Origin: an uncultured Gammaproteobacteria bacterium
GTDB lineage: Bacteria > Patescibacteriota > Microgenomatia > Levybacterales > UBA12049
NCBI GenBank assembly: GCA_964474445.1
Contig: CAYYSJ010000001.1
Coordinates: 345,377 to 409,376, forward strand
Direction of reading: 5' to 3'
DNA length: 64,000 nt
Within the stretch, counting starts at the first letter, position 1. Each line of letters opens with the position of its first letter. Below are positions 8,533 through 18,302 of this stretch, one piece after another. The notes beneath the pieces were generated by a model. The model was not told where the DNA came from and did not search any database. It was given only the letters and a program-made list of their open reading frames with translations. Made by a program: the position numbers and the translations under genes.

Positions 8533-9722
8533 TTACTAACCCTTACTTTTATAATTTCATATATTCTGTTAAGACTATATGGGATAAGGACAATATAGCT
8601 AACTGCAACCAACATGTACCATTTTGTCGGATCCCGAAACATAATAAATCCTGGAACATGATCAAACATCCAAAGGTATAGTCCACCGAATGGATCATTT
8701 GCTCCTTTTGCTAAAAAAACACCCATAAGTCCTACCAACACAAAACACAAGATATATATTCGTTCCTTTTTTTCCCTGAGCAAACGGAGTGAATCGTAGG
8801 GTTTAAGAAATAGCAATGAACCAAAAGCAAGAAGTGGATACACTAGGAATTCGGGTCTCATAAAATTTACCTTCCCAAAGATATTTTCTGGCCAATTCGG
8901 ATGCAATAGTCCTAATGCATTCTCAAAAAATGCAAAACTAAAAAATTTTACAGCTCCTACTCCTGTATAAACTTCTCCAAATTGACTCATGGCAGACCCG
9001 CGACTAAACAGAAGAGGTAATATCCAAAATGCATGCAGGCCAAGAGTGAAAAGGGCAGGAACACCAACGGTGTAAAAAAATCTTTTAATTAACTTATTCC
9101 CTGGAAAGTAATAAAGAAAATAGAAAAATGTTATGATGGCAAGTATTGGGAGACTTACATACACTATTCTAAAATCAAAGAGAATCAAGATACTCAAACT
9201 ATATGTAAATAAAAGTGATAAAAAGAATGAATCAGAATTTTCTAAAAGGTTTAAATATGTTAATACAAGAAATGGAAGACAAGAATAAGCTAAGGCAACA
9301 CCATTTTGCCCTCCTCCAATAAGCATTAATGCATATGTGTTTGTCGTATATAGAAAGCTTCCAATGAGTGCGAAAGAAGAGTTGCCAACTATTTTTTTTG
9401 TTAATAAATATGCTGATGTTAGAGAGAGTACAAGAAAAGGGAAAAACCAAAATATTCTTTCATACATTTTCCAATCTATTCCCTGCGCTAATTTCATCGT
9501 TCCTACAAAATATACCTCAAGAGGTAACTTAATAACTTTATTATTGCCTACTCCAGAATACCTATCGTCCCATGAAGTAAGCAATGTTGTGTTTTTCACC
9601 ATAGTAGACGAGTAGTATGTCCAATCACCACCCGTTAATAACTCTCCTCCCAACCAATTCCTAAAGATAAAAATAACAGCCAATACAAAAATGACAAATG
9701 AAAACGCAAAGATTTTTTTCAT
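8529..9722 (-). CDS. YfhO-like GT-C membrane module (397 aa, multi-TM) lacking the usual C-terminal soluble domain
   Basis: It has about 10 hydrophobic helices and a first-loop GGDWTYY motif like the other YfhO-like paralogs. It ends right after the TM region. Stop TGA is at 8529-8531, overlapping the ATG of 7702..8532. Confidence 0.6.
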   Translation of the reverse strand: MKKIFAFSFVIFVLAVIFIFRNWLGGELLTGGDWTYYSSTMVKNTTLLTSWDDRYSGVGNNKVIKLPLEVYFVGTMKLAQGIDWKMYERIFWFFPFLVLSLTSAYLLTKKIVGNSSFALIGSFLYTTNTYALMLIGGGQNGVALAYSCLPFLVLTYLNLLENSDSFFLSLLFTYSLSILILFDFRIVYVSLPILAIITFFYFLYYFPGNKLIKRFFYTVGVPALFTLGLHAFWILPLLFSRGSAMSQFGEVYTGVGAVKFFSFAFFENALGLLHPNWPENIFGKVNFMRPEFLVYPLLAFGSLLFLKPYDSLRLLREKKERIYILCFVLVGLMGVFLAKGANDPFGGLYLWMFDHVPGFIMFRDPTKWYMLVAVSYIVLIPYSLNRIYEIIKVRVSK

Positions 9723-9725
9723 ATA

Positions 9726-10766
9726 TTATTTGTCAAACCCTCTTACAGCATATACTTGATTGATGATTTTTGAATAGCCCTCTATTTTCCCTCGCCCTTT
9801 GACATTTTCTATGTAGATTTTTCTAACAAAATCAAGGACAAATCTTGGAATAATAAATGCAGACAATAGGAATAACCAATATTTTATAGAAAATGTATAA
9901 GATGAATTCAATTCTCTAATCCTCTTTGCGTATTTTAAAAGGTTTGAATTATTTGAGTTATATTTGATAATTGCTAGAAAACTGACATTAATGGCCAATT
10001 GTCGATTAAGCGTTTTTTTATAATACTCCTCCCCTGCTACGACTCGAATTGCATTATATAACTCTTCCCATGCTATTTTTCCTTTTTTGACGTAATAGCC
10101 TGGATGCTTTTGCTGATGGGACCAGGATGCAATAATAGAATACTTTTGCTGGAAAAATCCTCCATATTTTTGAATATTTGAGTAGCACATGTCAAACCAT
10201 GGGATAAGCTCAGAGTCAAGGATAGTAATTTTTTTAGGGTGTATGTTTTTAAAAATAATTCCAGTTATAAAATACAAATCAATTTTTTCAATATACCCAA
10301 CTATTTCTGCAGGTGTAGCACCTGCTTTTAATTGCAAATCTGCTCTCAGAAATTTATTTCTCACATAATCAAAAACATCCTTTTTATCAAATGTCTGGTA
10401 AACATAATTAAGTCTTATTAAACCATAGTGGTGTTTTGCGATTAAATTATATACACCTTCCAAAACATCATCATAGAGAAGATAATCATCATCCCCATGT
10501 ATAAAAACATATTCACCTTTAGCATAAGACAAAACATTACCAATATTTTTCACTGCACCTAAATTCTTTGGATTTTTATAATACCTAACTCTTTTATCTT
10601 TATATGCTTTTACTCTTTTAGCAGTGTCATCTGTGGAATTATCATCACAAATAATAATTTCAAAATCTTTAAAGGTTTGTGCTAATAAACGTTTTATAGC
10701 AAAATCTACTTCTTCCGATCTATTGTATGTAGCGATTGGAATGGAAAAAAATGGACGTTTCTTCAT
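9726..10766 (-). CDS. GT2 glycosyltransferase
   Basis: Motifs seen: FSIPIATYNRSEEV, IICDDNSTDDT, VFIHGDDDYL. Confidence 0.75.
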   Translation of the reverse strand: MKKRPFFSIPIATYNRSEEVDFAIKRLLAQTFKDFEIIICDDNSTDDTAKRVKAYKDKRVRYYKNPKNLGAVKNIGNVLSYAKGEYVFIHGDDDYLLYDDVLEGVYNLIAKHHYGLIRLNYVYQTFDKKDVFDYVRNKFLRADLQLKAGATPAEIVGYIEKIDLYFITGIIFKNIHPKKITILDSELIPWFDMCYSNIQKYGGFFQQKYSIIASWSHQQKHPGYYVKKGKIAWEELYNAIRVVAGEEYYKKTLNRQLAINVSFLAIIKYNSNNSNLLKYAKRIRELNSSYTFSIKYWLFLLSAFIIPRFVLDFVRKIYIENVKGRGKIEGYSKIINQVYAVRGFDK

Positions 10767-11866
10767 AGTACTTTCTGAAGCATAGCAAGACTTTTTTCTA
10801 CTCTTTTTTTATCAATCTCTCGTCCTATTGTATTATAGTAACCCACCTTAGATCTACTAATAGTTTTTAAAAGTGAAACACGAAGGTAATACATCCAGTA
10901 TTTGGGCAATGCATATAAAGTACTTACCTCTATACCGTACCCCTTACAAAAATAAAGAAATTTTTGACTATCTTCCTCTCTAAAAAGAAATGTATCAATA
11001 AAAGCTATTTCCCATAGTTGATCACCAAAAATACTGTCCTCCCAATCAAATATAGCACTGATAACTCCTCCAAAAGTTTTGATATTCCTTGTTCCTGGAT
11101 CATTATGCAACAAGGATAAATTTTGTGTCGCTAACACTTGTTTAGAATTCTTAAAAACAATTTGTATCAAATCAGCATCTTTTTTATCAATAATTCCTAT
11201 TTCTCTTGTTTGTTGTATATGGGAAAGCAGTTGAGTGGTGAAAAACTCATTCCAGGAATTAAAGGATCCTATAAGAGTATTCCTTTGTACTAATTCAGTG
11301 AAATTAAGCGTACCCGCTTTATCGGCAGTAATAGTATGTATTTTTTTAAAAATTTTCCCTAAATTTTTGTAAATATTCTTGATCTCTTGTCCATTATAGA
11401 AATCTAAATTGTCTCCTTTCTCATATGCCATAATCATGAAGTCGAATGGGTAAATACTTCGTGAAATATCAACAGCATACACTGTAAGAAAAGGTAATTT
11501 TTTTTCTTCTAGCAATTTTTGAATCTTCGCCTCTTGGAAAAAAGAGAAATCTCTGTATCTCTCTATAATGTTCACTTTTAATACATATGTAGATCTATTT
11601 GTTGTTACTGCAAAAAGAACATGAAAGGTCGTTTTTACTTCAATCTTTTTTATCATTATAACAATTTCATCAAGGTTCTCCCTAAAAATTTTCTTAATCG
11701 TATTTTCATCAATATAAGAATATGTTTGTTGGAGATCTCCTAAGTTTTTGGATAGGAATTCTGAATCCGATTTTGGATGGAACATAGATTCCCGTAACAC
11801 TTGATATTGTTCTAGAGATTTCTGAGGATATTGATAATTAAAATTCTTTGTAACCAAAGTATTCAT
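10763..11866 (-). CDS. Aminoglycoside-phosphotransferase/choline-kinase-fold kinase (APH-like)
   Basis: A catalytic-loop HxDxxxxN is present (LLHNDPGTRNI), as is a DFG-equivalent (IFDWEDSIFGD). Length is 367 aa. Confidence 0.6.
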   Translation of the reverse strand: MNTLVTKNFNYQYPQKSLEQYQVLRESMFHPKSDSEFLSKNLGDLQQTYSYIDENTIKKIFRENLDEIVIMIKKIEVKTTFHVLFAVTTNRSTYVLKVNIIERYRDFSFFQEAKIQKLLEEKKLPFLTVYAVDISRSIYPFDFMIMAYEKGDNLDFYNGQEIKNIYKNLGKIFKKIHTITADKAGTLNFTELVQRNTLIGSFNSWNEFFTTQLLSHIQQTREIGIIDKKDADLIQIVFKNSKQVLATQNLSLLHNDPGTRNIKTFGGVISAIFDWEDSIFGDQLWEIAFIDTFLFREEDSQKFLYFCKGYGIEVSTLYALPKYWMYYLRVSLLKTISRSKVGYYNTIGREIDKKRVEKSLAMLQKVL

Positions 11867-12758
11867 TAAAGTGAGCTGTCAACAATTTAATTTTCTCGTA
11901 TTCTTTCTTGGAAAGCTCATTCCTTTTTGCCATATTATATTCAACTGTTGGATACTGAACTGTCCCCCATGGATAGATATTCTCCAATTTTTCCCCATTC
12001 CAGGAAGGATAAAGGAGTGAATTATCAAATGATATCTCTAATTTTTTGCAAAGACCTGTAAAGAATTTCTTTTGATTATCAATCATATCTTCAAATCGCA
12101 TAATAATAACGTTGTCTGGATAAATTTTTGAAAAATTAATTGCTGTTAATTGAATAATATTCCAGGTGTTAATATATCTATCAAGAGTCAGTGGTGCGGG
12201 TCGATGTTTAGTCTCCGCGAAGGAAGAAAATGGGTTTCTAACAACATGAAGTATTTTAGCCTTTGGAAAATCAGCAATAATTTTATCTGCATCCAAAATC
12301 TGTACTGGATTATATCCCACATAAATTTTTTCTTTTCCTGATGCATTAAAATTTTTCCATGCTTTAAAGGTCGAAATATAAAAAGCCTTTACAATATTTG
12401 CTCGTGTCAATTCTTCATTTTTTAAAAGTTCTAGGAAAATTTCCTTTCTCTCTTTATCAACAAGTTGAATATCAGCATCTTTAAATTTACTCATGTGTGG
12501 AGTTTTTACTCGAATTTTTACTTCTTCATCAAAAATATCCTCATATATTTCATCAAGCCCTTGTCCTAGAGCAAATTGTGGCCATCGATATTTATATGGA
12601 ACCAAAGAGGCTAAATAATCTGATACCCGTCTATTACCAACTTGTGATTCAAATGGATAAGTAAAAAGAAGAGGATGCCCATCAAGGTGACGCTGTGTAG
12701 TATTTCCGCCATTCTCATACATTGCGGAAATCATAATAAATCGAAATGCCTTATCCAT
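11838..12758 (-). CDS. Sulfotransferase-like P-loop protein (putative PAPS-dependent)
   Basis: An N-terminal 5'-PSB-like segment is present (ISAMYENGGNTTQRHL). A 3'-PB-like segment is also present (KILHVVRNPFSSF, compare the consensus RDPRD...S). Length is 306 aa. Confidence 0.45.
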   Translation of the reverse strand: MDKAFRFIMISAMYENGGNTTQRHLDGHPLLFTYPFESQVGNRRVSDYLASLVPYKYRWPQFALGQGLDEIYEDIFDEEVKIRVKTPHMSKFKDADIQLVDKERKEIFLELLKNEELTRANIVKAFYISTFKAWKNFNASGKEKIYVGYNPVQILDADKIIADFPKAKILHVVRNPFSSFAETKHRPAPLTLDRYINTWNIIQLTAINFSKIYPDNVIIMRFEDMIDNQKKFFTGLCKKLEISFDNSLLYPSWNGEKLENIYPWGTVQYPTVEYNMAKRNELSKKEYEKIKLLTAHFNEYFGYKEF

Positions 12759-12813
12759 AAAGAGTATTATAGCTGGTAAAAATGCATAATTCTATAGTTA
12801 ATTTCCAAATTTA

Positions 12814-13830
12814 CTATGTATTTTTTGTGAAATTCCACTTTGCACTATTATACTGTACTTCTTTTTGCCACTGGATTGTTGCTCTCAAACCTTGTTCTAG
12901 AGTAAAGAGAGGCTTCCACCTCAGTTTTTTTTTAATGTTTTCGTTATTACCATACCAATCTTCCAAATCCCAATTTCTATTTTTCATCCCTCCAAATGTA
13001 GGAGAAATTTTCATTTTTACTATTTTCTTTACCAGTAAAGCAAGCTGCCGTATAGTCGTTTTTTTGCCAGTTGCAACATTAAATACTTCACCATAAAGCA
13101 GAGGAGACATGCATACTGCCGCATAAATAAATGCAGATACAATATCATCTACATAAATAAAGTCTCTTGAAATTGAAGGATCTACAAAATGAGGAAATTC
13201 TCCATGTCGCGCCTTTTCTAAAAGGGTAGGAATGAGTCTGTCTTGCTCCTCCCAAGGACCAAAAGCTGAATAAAGTCGCAAATGTATAACAGGCATCTTT
13301 TCAACTTTTCCGTAATATTTTAAAGTGAAGTAGTTTGATACTTTTGAAACTGCATAATGACTATTTGGACTTAGCTCCCCATCTTCTTTTGGAGCCGATG
13401 AGTTAAGTCCATATTCTGACTGTGATCCAGCATGGATATATGCTGCAATTTTTTTATCCCTCAGTGTCTCAAGAAGCTGAATTGTTGAAAAGACATTTGT
13501 CTCATAAATCTTTTTAACCTCTTGCTGTTTGGAATAAGCACCATAAGCTGCTAAATTAAATACGGTTTTTGGCTTTATCTTCTTGATTACTTTCTCCAAC
13601 TGTTCATTATTGGTAAGATCGCAGTCTAGAAAATGTTTGCGAGGAATTTTTGCTGCTATAAAGCGCCAGTTATGCATGCTGTCATGAGAAACTCCATAAA
13701 CATCTTTTCTGAAAAGGAGAATTTTTTGAATAAGATTTACTCCAATAAATCCTCCAGCACCAAAAATCAGTATCGGACCTTGTACTTTTTTTATTTGCGT
13801 TTTCAAGTCTTTTTTTATTGCCATCTTCAT
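12814..13830 (-). CDS. NAD-dependent sugar epimerase/dehydratase (extended SDR)
   Basis: Motifs seen: IFGAGGFIG, catalytic YAVSK, and serine AGSQSEYG. Confidence 0.75.
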   Translation of the reverse strand: MKMAIKKDLKTQIKKVQGPILIFGAGGFIGVNLIQKILLFRKDVYGVSHDSMHNWRFIAAKIPRKHFLDCDLTNNEQLEKVIKKIKPKTVFNLAAYGAYSKQQEVKKIYETNVFSTIQLLETLRDKKIAAYIHAGSQSEYGLNSSAPKEDGELSPNSHYAVSKVSNYFTLKYYGKVEKMPVIHLRLYSAFGPWEEQDRLIPTLLEKARHGEFPHFVDPSISRDFIYVDDIVSAFIYAAVCMSPLLYGEVFNVATGKKTTIRQLALLVKKIVKMKISPTFGGMKNRNWDLEDWYGNNENIKKKLRWKPLFTLEQGLRATIQWQKEVQYNSAKWNFTKNT

Positions 13831-14729
13831 AGAAGTCTTTTAATATTTTTCAATATACCCTCTGGATCCAATTCATTTTCTTTCTGATGGAAAGCGTGGT
13901 TTCCGTAAAGGTGAGAAAGATAACCTTTTGCAAAAAGATGCACAAAATTTCCGGAAGACAGATTTCTTTTTCCTAAAATAGAGAATAGCTTTTCTCCAAG
14001 TCCACCTACTCCCGAATGTTCCTCAACAACAAGTAACTTTTGAGTCTTGCGAATAGAAACAAATATTTCATCTGACAACTCGGTTGGTAATTCTGTTATA
14101 ACAAAAAGATCTATAACGTTTTCTTCTTTCAACTGATCAATTGCCTGCAGAACATTGTGAATAAGTGGTCCTAAAACAACAAGAGTTATTTTTTCTCCAT
14201 TTTTAATATGCCGAATTGGTGCATATGGAGGAAGCTGTATAGTTGTTTGAGGAGCTAAATTGAGACGAAGATACGAAGGTGCATTATTTTTATAGATTTT
14301 CTCCACAACAAAAGGCATATCCTCGACAAAAGCAGGAATATAAAGTTGCATATTGGGAAAAGATGAGTAAATTGCCACATCTTCCAACAGATGATGAGAT
14401 TCTCCCATAATGCCATACCCATAGCCACCACCAAACCCAGCTAGTTTTACTGGAAGATTGAGGTGGCATACATCATTCCTTACTTGTTCAACGGTCTTAA
14501 GAGTTAAAAATGTTGAGATACTATATACCCAAGGTTTAAGTCCTACATAGCAAAGGCCTGCAGCTACTGAAATCATATTTTGTTCAGCAACACCAGCATT
14601 GATAAAGCGTTCTCCGATACCATATCTTATCCCTTCAAATGCATTAAACCCTAAATCACCTGTGAGAAAGAAAATTTTTTTATCTTTTTTAGCGATTTTT
14701 TCCAGCTCTGTGATAAATTCTTTTTTCAT
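13827..14729 (-). CDS. Transketolase C-terminal section (Pyr and C-terminal domains of a split transketolase)
   Basis: ERFINAGVAEQNMISVAAGL matches the transketolase pyrimidine-binding motif. Length is 300 aa. It has a 4-nt overlap with the downstream epimerase. Confidence 0.8.
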   Translation of the reverse strand: MKKEFITELEKIAKKDKKIFFLTGDLGFNAFEGIRYGIGERFINAGVAEQNMISVAAGLCYVGLKPWVYSISTFLTLKTVEQVRNDVCHLNLPVKLAGFGGGYGYGIMGESHHLLEDVAIYSSFPNMQLYIPAFVEDMPFVVEKIYKNNAPSYLRLNLAPQTTIQLPPYAPIRHIKNGEKITLVVLGPLIHNVLQAIDQLKEENVIDLFVITELPTELSDEIFVSIRKTQKLLVVEEHSGVGGLGEKLFSILGKRNLSSGNFVHLFAKGYLSHLYGNHAFHQKENELDPEGILKNIKRLL

Positions 14730-14732
14730 ACG

Positions 14733-15548
14733 TCATTGTACCTTCCTATCAATTGATAAAAGTGCTTTTTTGTACAGATCATCTGTAAGAGTATGATAAT
14801 GCCAACCAATTTGGTTTTCCATAAATGTTACGCCATGACCTTTGATAGTATCAAAAATAATTACTTTGGGTTTGTTTCCTTTTAATTTCCCTACTTTCTT
14901 GAATACCTTTTCTATATGAACAGGATTATGACCATCAGCAGTAAAGACTTCAAAACCAAATGCCTCCCATTTTTCAGGAGTTGTTGATTTTCCTAGTACT
15001 TCTGCTGTCTTTCCAAATGCCTGAATCTTATTGTTATCTACTAGTACTACTAAATTTTTTAACTTTTTGGCTGTGGCATATTGGGCTGCTTCCCATACTT
15101 GACCTTCATTACATTCGCCATCAGACATCAAACAATAGACCATTGCTGGCTTTTTTGATTTTCGTAAATAAAGGTACGCTTGTGCCATTCCTGAAGCTAT
15201 TGATAATCCATGTCCTAAACTACCTGATGGGAAAGGAATGAATTCATCTAAGTCAGCAGCAGGATGAGCTGGTAATTTTGTTCCATTAGTATGAAAAGTC
15301 TGTAAATCTTTATCAGATAACCTGCCAATAGCATTCAAAACAACATACAGTGCAGGAACAGCATGACCTTTTGAGAGAATGAACTTATCATTTTTTTTAA
15401 TAACAGAAGAAAATAGCACTCTTAAGATGTCCAAGCAGGACAATGAACTTCCAATATGGCCCGCATGAGCATTATACAAGAGAGTAAGCAGATTTTTATG
15501 CAAAATATTTCTATTGAGTTTTTTTCGGATAGATATAGCTTTGGCCAT
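14733..15548 (-). CDS. Transketolase N-terminal section (TPP-binding domain of a split transketolase)
   Basis: Motifs seen: GHIGSSLSCLDIL, GSLGHGLSIASGMA and the TPP motif MSDGECNEGQVWEAAQYA. The track start is TTG at 15569. I prefer the ATG at 15548 (MAKAISIRKK). Confidence 0.8.
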   Translation of the reverse strand: MAKAISIRKKLNRNILHKNLLTLLYNAHAGHIGSSLSCLDILRVLFSSVIKKNDKFILSKGHAVPALYVVLNAIGRLSDKDLQTFHTNGTKLPAHPAADLDEFIPFPSGSLGHGLSIASGMAQAYLYLRKSKKPAMVYCLMSDGECNEGQVWEAAQYATAKKLKNLVVLVDNNKIQAFGKTAEVLGKSTTPEKWEAFGFEVFTADGHNPVHIEKVFKKVGKLKGNKPKVIIFDTIKGHGVTFMENQIGWHYHTLTDDLYKKALLSIDRKVQ

Positions 15549-15671
15549 TTGTTGCTCAATTATACACAAAAAATTATCCTTGTATACACCTAAGAATTAT
15601 CAGTTCTATCAGATTTCTTCATTATTGCAAAAACTATTGCTAATTGAGAAAATCATTGATGGTAAAATCAT

Positions 15672-16376
15672 ATGAGAAAAACTTTTTCCGTTATACTTCC
15701 CGTATACCATCAGTCCAACCAAATTGCACTTATTATTAAAAACTATACACATGGATTAACAAAATTAAAAAAGCCATTTGAGCTTCTGCTTGTTATCAAT
15801 GGAAATGACACTGCATCCTATAAAGAGGCAGTAAGGCTGGCAAGAAATAATTCCTCTATCCGGGTTATTTTCATAAAAGAATCTGGGTGGGGAAACGCCG
15901 TTTTGGTAGGATTGCAAAAAGCACAAGGCAAACTTATTTGTTATACCAATTCCGCACGTACACAGATTGACGATCTACTTGCAATGCTACGCTTTGCAGA
16001 CAAAAACCCTTCTATTGTTATTAAAGCAACAAGAATGCTTCACGTCAGTCCACTTAGAAAAATTGGCTCAACGCTTTACAATATAGAATGCCGACTTCTT
16101 CTGCATACTCCTGTGTGGGATGTCAATGGAACTCCGAAAGTTATTCCATATATGGTTACAAAAAAAATAAATCTTCAATCAAAGGATGACCTTATTGATG
16201 CAGAGCTTGTCGCAAAATGCATTGCCCTGCATATACCTATATTAGAAGTTCCAATTCTTTTTCCTCCTCGCTTTGGGGGCAAAAGTACAACAAATTATTT
16301 TTCTGCAATAAAGATGTATCTAGGGGTATTACGAATTCGAAAAATGGTGAGAAATATATTTCTTCATCAAGGGTAA
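15672..16376 (+). CDS. GT2 glycosyltransferase (one of three plus-strand genes in the glycan locus)
   Basis: FSVILPVYHQSNQIA is a GT-A N-terminal signature. Length is 234 aa. It is divergent from the transketolase operon. Its 3' end overlaps the convergent 16329..18302 gene by 48 nt. Confidence 0.65.
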   Translation: MRKTFSVILPVYHQSNQIALIIKNYTHGLTKLKKPFELLLVINGNDTASYKEAVRLARNNSSIRVIFIKESGWGNAVLVGLQKAQGKLICYTNSARTQIDDLLAMLRFADKNPSIVIKATRMLHVSPLRKIGSTLYNIECRLLLHTPVWDVNGTPKVIPYMVTKKINLQSKDDLIDAELVAKCIALHIPILEVPILFPPRFGGKSTTNYFSAIKMYLGVLRIRKMVRNIFLHQG

Positions 16377-18302
16377 CAAAAGAAGCATTCCCCATATAAT
16401 AAATGAGATAAAGGAAATAAGAAGCCCAATGCGAAAGGTACGTGAAGCATAAGAGAAGACATATGTATGATTTCCTTCGAGTGTTTGTACCTCTAGAAAA
16501 CGATGAGACAAAAGCTGTTGGTTTTTACCATCTATCCAAACATTCCATCCAGGATAATTCATTTGAGCAAGGGAAAGAATTTGTTTACTTTGTGCATTTG
16601 TCTTAATTCGAAAGGTATTAACACCAACATCCACATGTTGTGCTTGTGTACTTCCCTTTCCATCATATAACACAGCGAAGGGTCTTCCGGTTGATAATTC
16701 ATATACCGATGTGTCATCTTTTTGATACACTTTTTTTGCAGTCTCAGGGATATTATTGATTTGATTATGGGGAGTAATAAAATACCCCGGCTGAATGTCT
16801 TGGTAATTTGCAGCATAATCATATGGAGAGGGTCTTTTAACAAAGGCAAATGCTAAAGCAGGGCTATTTTTTAAAACAAAACCATAATTCGTATTTAACA
16901 ATCTTTGATTATGGTAATAAATAACGTCCTCAGGTACTTCATTAATCCAATTTTCCGCTAACACATAGTAGTTTTGTGTATTGTGTTTTTCAATCCAAGA
17001 AAAAATATCGTTGTATAAAGAATAATTTGCAGGGAACACACTATATGCAACAAGAGACGGATTAATAAGCATAGTTTCAAAGAAAAAAATTGTACAAAAG
17101 AGATTTAAAACAAGCATTGGAAAAACAAAGATACGGTATTTTTTACTTCTTAGAAGATATTCAGAAAAAAGGCCAAAAATCACCAAGATGATAACAACAA
17201 AATATGCATATGCTCTGCTCGGTACTCTAAAATATTGTAGTGAGGGTATAAAGGTTATTAACCAATGATAAGGGTTTACTAATAAAGCTGGCATAAGCAT
17301 AAGAAAGAAAGTGCAAAAAAGAAGTACCAGAAATATTTTTGACGGAATGTTTATCTTTTTATATTCCTTTATCATCCAAACAATTCCGATGAAGGGGAAA
17401 ATACCGATGAACGCTGTTTTCTCAAGATCTCCCCAAGCTGTTGAAATAAAAGAAGACAAATACGTAAGTTGAAATGGTTTATCAAATGGTATAAAAAGAT
17501 ATCGTATCATGCTTATAATTGTTTGACTTCCCTCAAACGGTTCTTTAGACTTCCCCAAGTACGTTTGCAACTCAACTATTGGTAATATTTTAACTGCAGA
17601 AAATAGCCCCATTAAGACAGCGGTGACAAAGAAATAAAAGAATACTTTTTTTTCTTTGAAAAAGAAATAACAGGCTAGTACAGAAAGTGAAAGCATTCCA
17701 TACATAACAAAATAAATACTTCCTGCTGACAAAACATAGAAAAAAGAAAGCGCTGCAATACCGGCCCAAAGAACGTTTTTCTTTCTACCTACTTGCATCA
17801 GAGAAAATATAACAAATGGAAGAATGCCATAAGGGACAACAGACTCAATGTGGCCTGCTGTAATTCGAGCAGCAGGATACCCACATACTGCATACGTGAG
17901 GGCAATAAAGAAAGCGATTGCCTCTGAAGAAACAAAAGACTTTGCCAAAAGGTACATAGTCTCGCATGCAAGAAATAATGAAAGGACATAAATTAGTTTT
18001 ATTGCACCATCATAGGATGGCATAATAATAAGAGGAATACTCATTACTGGGTTATATGCACTATACATAGGATCAGCTATCAAAGGCAACCCTTCTTGTA
18101 TGGTAGGATTCCATTGAGGAAACGTATGACTATGCACTATTGCATCACGAAAGTATAATTCCTGAAGATCCGTACCATTAAGATCGTTGGCATGGACAAC
18201 ATGATTATCTAGAATTACTGGAAGTAAAATTAATAAGCTAAAAATGAGGAATATACCATGAAAAAAAAGTTTATTAGAAAAGAGGATAAGCAATTTATTC
18301 AT
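16329..18302 (-). CDS. YfhO-like GT-C membrane protein with extracytoplasmic C-terminal domain and C-terminal TM anchor
   Basis: Length is 657 aa, with about 12 TM helices. First-loop motifs are GTDLQELYFRD and FPQWNPT...G.P. The C-terminal anchor is FRIGLLISFISFIIWGMLLLL. Confidence 0.6.
   Translation of the reverse strand: MNKLLILFSNKLFFHGIFLIFSLLILLPVILDNHVVHANDLNGTDLQELYFRDAIVHSHTFPQWNPTIQEGLPLIADPMYSAYNPVMSIPLIIMPSYDGAIKLIYVLSLFLACETMYLLAKSFVSSEAIAFFIALTYAVCGYPAARITAGHIESVVPYGILPFVIFSLMQVGRKKNVLWAGIAALSFFYVLSAGSIYFVMYGMLSLSVLACYFFFKEKKVFFYFFVTAVLMGLFSAVKILPIVELQTYLGKSKEPFEGSQTIISMIRYLFIPFDKPFQLTYLSSFISTAWGDLEKTAFIGIFPFIGIVWMIKEYKKINIPSKIFLVLLFCTFFLMLMPALLVNPYHWLITFIPSLQYFRVPSRAYAYFVVIILVIFGLFSEYLLRSKKYRIFVFPMLVLNLFCTIFFFETMLINPSLVAYSVFPANYSLYNDIFSWIEKHNTQNYYVLAENWINEVPEDVIYYHNQRLLNTNYGFVLKNSPALAFAFVKRPSPYDYAANYQDIQPGYFITPHNQINNIPETAKKVYQKDDTSVYELSTGRPFAVLYDGKGSTQAQHVDVGVNTFRIKTNAQSKQILSLAQMNYPGWNVWIDGKNQQLLSHRFLEVQTLEGNHTYVFSYASRTFRIGLLISFISFIIWGMLLLLPLMKKYISHHFSNS

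Noticed and set aside
7702-9722. Treating the split YfhO-like pair simply as a frameshifted pseudogene
   Set aside because: This is not fully rejected. The downstream half has a proper ATG in an ATGA overlap and its own signal anchor, so a functional two-gene split is at least as likely. The T-homopolymer at the junction means a sequencing error cannot be excluded.
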